A stretch of DNA of 64,000 bases from Gemmatimonadota bacterium (lineage in GTDB: Bacteria; Gemmatimonadota; Gemmatimonadetes; Gemmatimonadales; Gemmatimonadaceae). The stretch lies in NCBI GenBank assembly GCA_947463135.1, contig CANHTA010000001.1:44332-108331 (forward strand), read 5' to 3'. Every line of letters begins with the position of its first letter. The first letter of the stretch is position 1. A model generated the notes under the pieces. The model was given only the letters and a program-made list of their open reading frames with translations. It ran no database searches and was not told the DNA's origin. Below, piece by piece: positions 10,038 through 17,418 of the stretch. The position numbers and the translations under genes were made by a program.

Positions 10038-10979
10038 ATGCACGTCCTCACGCCGGTAGCTGGAAGTGACCTTGTCGCGAGGGAGCTGGCGGAGCTCGCC
10101 AGAACCACCCTCGACGATCATTGGGCCGTCGCCGCTATTCCCATAGAGCGGCGGACCCTGCTGCTGGAGCGGGCCGACGCAGCCGCTCTGCGCCCCGGGG
10201 AGGGGCTCGGCGAACCGATTGCCGATGGACTGGCGCTGCTTGGTACCGCGTACGAATTGGCGGCCCTCGGCCAACTGGAGGCTGCGCTGCAAGCGGCGCC
10301 CAGTGCCGGTCGCGATCTCGCCCAGGCGGTGCTGACGCTCGGGGCTGCCCGAGCGTTCAAATGCGCGGCCGCACTCCGACCCCCCACTGAGGAAGGGGAA
10401 TCGGCGGTCAAATGGGCACTCAAACTGGGGGCCTTGGCGCTCGTCTCGCGGCAAACCGAGGCGTACGTACAGTGGTGGGTCGTGCGTCGGCATGTGGCCG
10501 ATACCGTCCATCACACGGCGCGACGCGTGGAGCAGGAGCCGTGGGAGAGCTATGCGCGTGGCACCCTGTGGATGGCGTGGCTTGGGCTGGTCGGCGCCCC
10601 CATCGCGGTGGCCACCGATCACGCCGCCGCGGAGCTGTCGATGCTCACCGCCACGCGGAATCGCCTGGCGGCGTTCCGTGAGCGTCGCGCCGAGCATGAG
10701 CTCCCGGCTGACGGCCCGCTGCTCAACACCGCGGCCTTGCGGGCCCGGATGATGGAGTTTGCCATCCGCCATCTGGCCGACGCCACTGAGCTCCTCACCG
10801 TGGCCGTGTTGCGGCGCACGCTGCCCGATGTCTCGGGAGAGTTCAAATTGCACATGAGTGCGGCGCGCTCCGCCATGGCGGGGGATCATGGACACGATAT
10901 GCTGTTGGCGTGGTTACAAGCGGCCGGCGTTACGCTGGCAGGCGGCGTGACCGCCCAGCTCGAACTTCCAGGATTCTAG
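10038..10979 (+). CDS. hypothetical all-helical protein ending in QLELPGF
   Basis: AGGAGG at 10028-10033, ATG at 10038, 313 aa. No catalytic motif recognised. Confidence 0.75.
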   Translation: MHVLTPVAGSDLVARELAELARTTLDDHWAVAAIPIERRTLLLERADAAALRPGEGLGEPIADGLALLGTAYELAALGQLEAALQAAPSAGRDLAQAVLTLGAARAFKCAAALRPPTEEGESAVKWALKLGALALVSRQTEAYVQWWVVRRHVADTVHHTARRVEQEPWESYARGTLWMAWLGLVGAPIAVATDHAAAELSMLTATRNRLAAFRERRAEHELPADGPLLNTAALRARMMEFAIRHLADATELLTVAVLRRTLPDVSGEFKLHMSAARSAMAGDHGHDMLLAWLQAAGVTLAGGVTAQLELPGF

Positions 10980-11325
10980 TCCGGCCGCCTTTGTTGGCGT
11001 CCGTGTAAGACCGCCACACCCGGTACACGCGTCGTCCGCTGCTGCCAATAGGAAACGCAATGCGGCCGGCGCCCAGGGGCAGGATGTCGGCCATCATGGC
11101 GCCGATGGCCACTCGCGTCTCCTCGTCGGAGGCCGGTGCGGGGGCCTCCGGTTCAATGCGATACCACATGGCGCCGGCCGCCCCATCCACACAGACCAGA
11201 TATTGGTCATCGTGGCTCCAGAACGCGGTCATCCGATCAGCATGCTCGCCGGTGTGGATTGGCAAGGATGTGAGGGGGGCCGGTTCGATGTTCCCGATGG
11301 GGGCACTGCAGGCGACGACATGCAT
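10930..11325 (-). CDS. hypothetical protein
   Basis: Open frame with plausible composition and ATG 11325 preceded by GGA. The 3' end overlaps the convergent gene by 50 nt, so the end is uncertain. Confidence 0.45.
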   Translation of the reverse strand: MHVVACSAPIGNIEPAPLTSLPIHTGEHADRMTAFWSHDDQYLVCVDGAAGAMWYRIEPEAPAPASDEETRVAIGAMMADILPLGAGRIAFPIGSSGRRVYRVWRSYTDANKGGRTRILEVRAGRSRRLPA

Positions 11326-11461
11326 GAGCAAATTCCACGGAGTTACAGAAACGTGAGCACCGATGAAATGTCCTCGGGTTCGATCATCGGTGGGCGGTGA
11401 TGTTATGACGATCGATGCGCCCGCGCAATATGACTGGAAGGCACTAAGTTGTTGATATCGT

Positions 11462-11597
11462 TGTGGATAGACGTTGATAGACGTGTGGAAAACTCGCTAA
11501 GTGCTTCCACGGGGGCGAGATCGCGCGTTACGGGGTGTGGAAAACCAGGGCTGTGACCCCGTCCGTTTTTGCGGTGCCGTCCGGCTCTTTTTCCACA
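11462..11597. other. cluster of DnaA boxes (oriC-like or DnaA titration site)
   Basis: TGTGGATAG 11462-11470, TGTGGAAAA 11484-11492, TGTGGAAAA 11536-11544 and TTTTCCACA 11589-11597. Three fit TTWTNCACA perfectly and one has a single mismatch. They lie in a ~450-bp gene-free, locally AT-richer region. Confidence 0.65.
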
Positions 11598-11780
11598 TAG
11601 CCGGATATCACAAAGTTGATGTTTTGTTGCCTGCTCACACGCTTCGGCAGCCGAGGTCGCCGTGCGCCGTGGGACCTCATCGGTTTTCCGGGTGTCACGG
11701 GCGTGGCTATGGCGGAGAGCGGCGTACCGCCGCATTGTCTAGTATTGGTTGGCCCTCTTTTCTGGAGCACTCACGTGTCG

Positions 11781-12701
11781 ATGGACCCACGAATTGGTTT
11801 ACTGGTTGGCCGCGAATGGTCGTTTCCGCCGGCCTTTCTCGAGGCGGTGGCGCGCCGGCAGTCCGGTGTGACCGCGGACTACATCACGCTCGATGCGACT
11901 CGAATGGGGCAGGAGGTCCCCTATTCGCTGATCATCGACCGGATTTCGCATGAGGTGGGGTTTTACCGCACCTTCCTCAAGCACGCGACCCGCATGGGGA
12001 CCACGGTGGTGAACAACCCGTTCATGTGGTCGGCCGACGACAAATTCTATGACGCCACCGTGGCGATCCAGAACGGAGTCGCCCACCCCAAAACCATGGT
12101 CCTGCCGAACCGGGACTACATCCCCGGGATCTCGCACACCGAATCGCTGCGGAACCTGGCCTATCCCCTCGATTGGAAGAGCGTCGCCGACTACATCGGA
12201 TTCCCGTGCGTGCTCAAGGATGCGCACGGTGGCGGCTGGCGTGATGTGTATATCTGCGACTCTATGGACGAGTTGCTTCACCACTACAACAACAGTGGCC
12301 TGCTCACGATGGTGGTGCAGGAGTTCATCCACTGGGATGCGTACGTCCGCTGCATGGCCCTCGGCCGGACGGAGGTGCTCCCCATGCCCTACGATCCGAA
12401 GCAGCGTCGCTACATTCCCGATCCGGGGTATCTCGACGCCGCGCTCGAAGCGCGCTGTGTGCAGGACTCGCTCACGCTGTGCAAGGCGCTCGGCTACGAT
12501 ATGAATACGGTGGAGTTTGCCGTGAAGGACGGGGTCCCCTATGCCATTGACTTCATGAATCCCGCGCCGGACATGGACATCCATTCCCTCACCCCGACCT
12601 ACTTCGAGTGGGTGGTGGAGCACATGGCCGATTTGGCCATCAGGCTGGCCACCGCGCCGCGGCCAGCACAGCACCCGCACACGGTGCCGATCGGGGAATA
12701 G
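11781..12701 (+). CDS. RimK/glutathione-synthetase-like ATP-grasp ligase
   Basis: GGAG upstream of ATG 11781. Motifs ADDKF, FPCVLKDAHGGGWRDVY, VVQEFI and AIDFMNPAPD. Confidence 0.85.
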   Translation: MDPRIGLLVGREWSFPPAFLEAVARRQSGVTADYITLDATRMGQEVPYSLIIDRISHEVGFYRTFLKHATRMGTTVVNNPFMWSADDKFYDATVAIQNGVAHPKTMVLPNRDYIPGISHTESLRNLAYPLDWKSVADYIGFPCVLKDAHGGGWRDVYICDSMDELLHHYNNSGLLTMVVQEFIHWDAYVRCMALGRTEVLPMPYDPKQRRYIPDPGYLDAALEARCVQDSLTLCKALGYDMNTVEFAVKDGVPYAIDFMNPAPDMDIHSLTPTYFEWVVEHMADLAIRLATAPRPAQHPHTVPIGE

Positions 12702-12720
12702 CGGGGAATACGCGGGGAAC
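12692..12720. repeat. three tandem CGGGGAA(TA) direct repeats at ~10-11 bp spacing
   Basis: cggggaata 12692-12700, cggggaata 12702-12710 and cggggaac 12713-12720. Confidence 0.85.
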
Positions 12721-12803
12721 GGCGAACGCCGCGGCAGGGTGGGGGGCTCAGGGGCGCTGTACACACCGTACCGCCGCGCCGTCACAAATTTTACTACGTT
12801 TTT

Positions 12804-14156
12804 ATGTCCACATCGGCAATCGCGCGCTACCACGAGACGCTGCACGACGACGGTATCGCGCAGGCCAGCGCCGAAGTGCTCGACCGACAGTTGCGGCACG
12901 ATGGGCTCTTCTTCGGCGAGCGTCCGTTGTGCAGTGTGCTGCGGCCGCGCTTCCTGACCCTCGGGCAGTACCGGCAGTTGTCCACGGCCAGCGCCCTGGT
13001 TGGGTCCGCCTTCGAGAAGGTGCGCGTGGCGGCCATGGCGGACTCGGCCTTACGGACGCAGTTCGGGCTGACCGCCTGGGAAGAGGAGCTCATCCATGTG
13101 GACCCGGGCTTCGCGGCCGCGAGTCCAACTTCACGGCTGGATGCGTTTTTTGCGGACGGGAACGGCGCCCTCAAGTTTACGGAGTACAACGCGGAGACGC
13201 CGGCGGGCGCGGCCTACAACGACGCCCTCTCGCGTGCCTTTCTGGCCTTGCCCGCCATGCATGCATTCAGCCGGACCCATGTGGCGCTGCCACTCCCGGC
13301 GGCGCCGTCGGTGGTGCATGCCTTGCTTCAGGCCTACTTCCAATGGCGTGGCGTACGTGAAGCGCCCACCGTCGTCATTCTCGATTGGAAGGAGGTCCCC
13401 ACCGCCAGCGAGTTTGTGCTCTTCGCCCGCGAGTTCGCGGCCCTTGGCATTGACGCGTTCATCGGGGATCCCCGGGACGCCGAGTATGCGAACGGCCGCC
13501 TGACCATCGGGGGGAAGCACGTGACCATGATTTATAAGCGCGTGCTCATTGATGAGCTCGTTACCCGGGAGGGGCTGAATTCGCCGGTGGTGCGCGCTGT
13601 GAAAGATGGTGCGGTGTGTATGGTGAATCCCTTCCGCTGTAAGGTGTTACATAAGAAGGCCTCACTTGCCGTGTTAAGTGATGAACGGCAGCAGGCATTG
13701 CTCTCGCCCGATGAGCAGGCGGCGGTGGCGGCCCACGTGCCGTGGACTCGGGTGGTTGAGGAGCGGCGCACGCAGTATGGCGCCAGCGAGGTCGATCTGC
13801 TGGAATTCACCGCCGCCAACCGCGCCACGCTCGTGCTCAAGCCCAACGACGAGTACGGCGGGAAAGGGATCGTGCTGGGGTGGACGGTGACCGATTCCGA
13901 ATGGGAAGAGGCCATGCGGACAGCCCTTGCTGAGCCGTATATCGTGCAGGAGCGGGTGGAGATCCCTGCTGAAGCGTGGCCGGCCTGGACCGACGGCGCA
14001 CTTCATGTGGGTGAACGCATGCTCGACACCGCGCCGTTTCTCACGGATGGGGTCACCATGTCCGGGTGCTTGACCCGTATTGCGACCGATCCCCTGCTGA
14101 ATGTCACCGCCGGTGGTGGCTCCAACGTCCCAACTTTTCTGGTCGAACCACGCTGA
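12804..14156 (+). CDS. circularly permuted ATP-grasp ligase (glutathionylspermidine-synthase-like / CP-ATP-grasp)
   Basis: Motifs SRLDAFF...LKFTEYNAETPAG, MIYKRVL, VLKPNDEYGGKGIVLG, YIVQERV and LNVTAGGG. Confidence 0.8.
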   Translation: MSTSAIARYHETLHDDGIAQASAEVLDRQLRHDGLFFGERPLCSVLRPRFLTLGQYRQLSTASALVGSAFEKVRVAAMADSALRTQFGLTAWEEELIHVDPGFAAASPTSRLDAFFADGNGALKFTEYNAETPAGAAYNDALSRAFLALPAMHAFSRTHVALPLPAAPSVVHALLQAYFQWRGVREAPTVVILDWKEVPTASEFVLFAREFAALGIDAFIGDPRDAEYANGRLTIGGKHVTMIYKRVLIDELVTREGLNSPVVRAVKDGAVCMVNPFRCKVLHKKASLAVLSDERQQALLSPDEQAAVAAHVPWTRVVEERRTQYGASEVDLLEFTAANRATLVLKPNDEYGGKGIVLGWTVTDSEWEEAMRTALAEPYIVQERVEIPAEAWPAWTDGALHVGERMLDTAPFLTDGVTMSGCLTRIATDPLLNVTAGGGSNVPTFLVEPR

Positions 14157-14953
14157 TGTCTTCATATACGCGCCCGGTCATTGGGCTCACCACGCAAACG
14201 CTCCATTCCATTGATGGCATCCCACCGGGGTTGCCCTCGTCGTGGGTGATGAACCAACGCTACTTTCTGGCGGCTACCATGGTGGGGGCCGTGCCGTGGA
14301 TGATCCCCCTCCTTGACGACGATCTCCTCACGCTCCGCGAGATCTACGAACGGCTGGACGGCCTGCTCATTCCCGGCGGTGTGGATATTAACCCCAGCGA
14401 ATACGGCGAAGCCGTACGGCCGGAGTGCGGCAATCTCGATCCGGCCCGCGACCGGGTGGAACTGCAACTGGTGCGGTGGGCCATCGAAGACGGCAAGCCC
14501 GTGCTTGGACTGTGCCGCGGCCTGCAGGTGATCAACGTGGCCTCGGGCGGTACGCTCTGGCAGGACCTGGCATCACAAAATCCTGCTTTCCACAAGCATG
14601 ACTTTTTTCCAACCGCCGGCTTCCAGCGCGATCACCTCGCGCACGAAGTCGAGATCGCGTCCAACACAAAGTTGTCGCGACTGCTTGAATCCACACGGTC
14701 GCCGGTCAACAGCATGCACCATCAGGGCATCAAGCAACTCGGAGCGCGGCTGGTCGCATCGGCCATCGCCGACGATGGGCTCATTGAGGCCGTGGAGGGT
14801 GACGGGGAGGCGTTTCTGGTGGGCGTCCAATGGCACCCTGAAGTGTTTGAGATGGCGGATCCACATTCCCGGCATCTGTTCGGCGGCTTCATTCGGGCCG
14901 CGATGAGCTGGTCCACCGCGAACAAAAATGCCCGTGTCAGGGTGGGGGAGTAA
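14156..14953 (+). CDS. peptidase C26 / gamma-glutamyl-gamma-aminobutyrate hydrolase family (class I glutamine amidotransferase)
   Basis: Motifs LLIPGGVD, GLCRGLQVINV (nucleophilic Cys), NSMHHQG and VQWHPE. ATG overlaps the upstream TGA. Confidence 0.9.
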   Translation: MSSYTRPVIGLTTQTLHSIDGIPPGLPSSWVMNQRYFLAATMVGAVPWMIPLLDDDLLTLREIYERLDGLLIPGGVDINPSEYGEAVRPECGNLDPARDRVELQLVRWAIEDGKPVLGLCRGLQVINVASGGTLWQDLASQNPAFHKHDFFPTAGFQRDHLAHEVEIASNTKLSRLLESTRSPVNSMHHQGIKQLGARLVASAIADDGLIEAVEGDGEAFLVGVQWHPEVFEMADPHSRHLFGGFIRAAMSWSTANKNARVRVGE

Positions 14954-16174
14954 ATGCGCGCGCCAAGCCTGACCGTTGGTATTGAGGAAGAGTACCAGAT
15001 CATCGACCCCATCACCCGTGACCTCACCCCCGGCTTTGATGCCTTGGTGTCCAGCAATGACGCGCAGCTCGCGGACGTCAAAGCGGAACTGCATCAGTGT
15101 CAGGTGGAGATCGGCACCAAAGTGTGCGGGTCCATATCGGAACTGCGCGCGGAGCTGGTCCAGTTACGCCGACTGGTCATTCAGGCCGCCGGTCAGCATG
15201 GACTCACCATTGCCTCCGCCGGAACGCACCCCTTCTCGAATTGGATGAATCAGGAGATGACGCCGAAGGAGCGATACCTCGGCGTCAAAGCGGAGCTGCA
15301 GGATCTGGCGCATCGCTTGCTCATTTTCGGCACCCATGTGCATGTCGGCATTGAAGATCCCGAGTTCCGGATCGACTGCCTCAATGCCGCCCGGTACATC
15401 CTGCCGCACATTCTGTGTCTGTCCACCTCGTCACCCTTCTGGTTTGGGCGGAACACCGGCCTGCATTCGTATCGCAGCATTGTGTTCAAGAATTTCCCGC
15501 GCACCGGGGTGCCGCGCATCCTGAACGGATGGAATGACTACGCCGACCTCGTCGACACGCTGGTGCGAACCCGCAGCATTCCCGATGGGTCGAAGATCTG
15601 GTGGGATGTGCGGCCACACCACATCTACCCCACGCTGGAGTTTCGCGCCTGCGACGTGAACACCAAGGTGGATGAGGCGGTCTGTATTGCGGCCATCCTG
15701 CAAGCCGTGGTGGCCAAGATGTGGAAGCTCCGTCGCGATAACATGACCTTTCGCGTCTACGCGCAGGATCTCATCGAAGAGAACAAGTGGCGCGCGGTGC
15801 GCTGGGGCCTCGGCGGCAAGCTGATTGACTTCGGCAAAAAGGAAGAGCTGCCGGCGCCGGTGCTCATTCGCGAGTTAGTGGAGTGGTTCCTCGACGACGT
15901 GCTCGACGAACTCGGGACGCGAAAGGAGGTGGAATACGCCTTCACGATTCTCGATCACGGATCCAGCGCGCAGCGTCAACTGGCCACCTACGCGCGCACC
16001 GGGGACCTGCGGGCCGTGGTTGATCAGCTCATTCGCGAGACCGCAGAAGGGGTGTGCGAGCCAACCCTGGGGCCTCCGCTGGAAAGCACCAGCTCCGTGG
16101 GCGCGGATGTGCCGGGGAGCATGGCGACCGAGCGTGGGACGTTGTCGGCCGTTCGGGGGCAGTCAATCCCCTAA
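14954..16174 (+). CDS. carboxylate-amine ligase, GCS2/YbdK (glutamate--cysteine ligase 2) family
   Basis: Motifs [36 protein letters not shown] and TLEFRACD. Confidence 0.9.
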   Translation: MRAPSLTVGIEEEYQIIDPITRDLTPGFDALVSSNDAQLADVKAELHQCQVEIGTKVCGSISELRAELVQLRRLVIQAAGQHGLTIASAGTHPFSNWMNQEMTPKERYLGVKAELQDLAHRLLIFGTHVHVGIEDPEFRIDCLNAARYILPHILCLSTSSPFWFGRNTGLHSYRSIVFKNFPRTGVPRILNGWNDYADLVDTLVRTRSIPDGSKIWWDVRPHHIYPTLEFRACDVNTKVDEAVCIAAILQAVVAKMWKLRRDNMTFRVYAQDLIEENKWRAVRWGLGGKLIDFGKKEELPAPVLIRELVEWFLDDVLDELGTRKEVEYAFTILDHGSSAQRQLATYARTGDLRAVVDQLIRETAEGVCEPTLGPPLESTSSVGADVPGSMATERGTLSAVRGQSIP

Positions 16175-16179
16175 ACCAC

Positions 16180-16202
16180 GGCGGCCGTGCCTGGCGGCCG
16201 CC
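16180..16202 (+). terminator. GC-rich hairpin after the ligase operon (possible terminator)
   Basis: ggcggccg (16180-16187) pairs with cggccgcc (16195-16202). No clear U-tract. Confidence 0.35.
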
Positions 16203-16332
16203 CGGACCACCGTATCGGCACAAATACGGATGCAGTTCCGCCGCACCCCTCGATACTCTGCATGCTTCTGACTCGCTCCGTTTACGGGCGATGGTCGTTT
16301 CATGACGAGTCTCTTTGCGGCGGTTATACGCT

Positions 16333-17418
16333 ATGACGTTGTTCTCGAAGTCGATGTGCCTGCGGTCGTTGTTGCCGCTTGGTGCCGCGGTGCTCTTGGC
16401 GGCCTGTGAGGGAGAGGCGACGGCTACCGGTCCGGATGCCGGTGTGCCCGAGGCGCCGATCAATCAAGTCGTCACGTTTGGTCCGCTCAACGCGAGCAGT
16501 CCGGACACGCTCGTGTTTTTCAGCTTTGCGAAGGGCACGCTGGTGCCGCGCAGCGGAGACTGGGATCTCGCGTTTCGTCGATATGAAGTGCGACTCAATT
16601 CGCCAGCTATCGGTGGTGCAACCAGCAAAAACGTGCTTGGCGTGGCGCTCGAGAACAACAAGACTGCCACGGACGCACAGGTGCTGGCATTCACCACGGC
16701 GAACACGCTCAGCGAGTTCGATGCTATCAGGGCTGGCCTAATCCCCATCCCCGCCGACGACCGGTTCCAGACCGATCGGCTCACGGAAAACCGACAGGGC
16801 TATCTCAACTTGAGCGGTATTCCCACCGCCAACGCGGCGAATTACTGGAAGCTGCGTTTGGCTAACGGGAGTTTTGCGCTCTTCCGCGCTACGCGCATCA
16901 AGTTTACCCCTGCTTTTGCCGTTGACACGCTGTATCTCGAGTCTCGTCTGCAATCTGGCAGCACCCTGGGGGCGGTGCAGACGCTCGCGATTGCGCCGGC
17001 TGGCGCTGTCCGGCAAATCAGTTTTGCCACCAATGCGGTGGTAACGGGCGGTGGCTGCAACTGGGACCTCGAGTTTAACCCGGCGGCCAACCAACTCTCA
17101 CTCGTGCCGAACGTGGCGTGCAATGCCGGTACGTATCCGGGGCCAACGTCACCCACCTTTGCCAACGCCACGGTGGCCAGCGATGCCCCGCAGTTCGCCA
17201 CCTTCTTGTCCACCTTGGTTGGACCGATCCCGAACTCTGTGCTCGATAAGGCGGCACCGTTCCGGTACAACTTGCAGGGGAATGATCGACTCCACCCGGC
17301 GTTCAATACCTACTTGGTGAAGTCCGGCACGCGCATCTTCAAGCTGCAGATTACCGATTACTACAGCAACACCGGCGTCGCCGGGTTTCCCACCATTCGC
17401 TACGCCCGCATTCAATGA
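16333..17418 (+). CDS. HmuY-like lipoprotein (two HmuY-type units)
   Basis: Lipobox VLLAAC. FFSF...DWDLAFRRY and a second NWDLEFNP. C-terminal FKLQITDYY...GFPTIRYARI. Confidence 0.75.
   Translation: MTLFSKSMCLRSLLPLGAAVLLAACEGEATATGPDAGVPEAPINQVVTFGPLNASSPDTLVFFSFAKGTLVPRSGDWDLAFRRYEVRLNSPAIGGATSKNVLGVALENNKTATDAQVLAFTTANTLSEFDAIRAGLIPIPADDRFQTDRLTENRQGYLNLSGIPTANAANYWKLRLANGSFALFRATRIKFTPAFAVDTLYLESRLQSGSTLGAVQTLAIAPAGAVRQISFATNAVVTGGGCNWDLEFNPAANQLSLVPNVACNAGTYPGPTSPTFANATVASDAPQFATFLSTLVGPIPNSVLDKAAPFRYNLQGNDRLHPAFNTYLVKSGTRIFKLQITDYYSNTGVAGFPTIRYARIQ

Noticed and set aside
12692-12720. GCGGGGAA repeats resembling half of a type I-E CRISPR repeat
   Set aside because: The units are only 8-9 bp with no spacers and there are no cas genes.
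14156-14953. Calling the C26 gene puuD of putrescine catabolism
   Set aside because: puuA/B/C/E, a transporter and PuuR are absent here, so only the family-level call is supported.
16203-16332. Cobalamin riboswitch or Fur box upstream of the HmuY-TonB pair
   Set aside because: No B12-box or GGGAA/ACTG core is present. Only a weak GAGTCTC half-site is visible, which is not enough to call.
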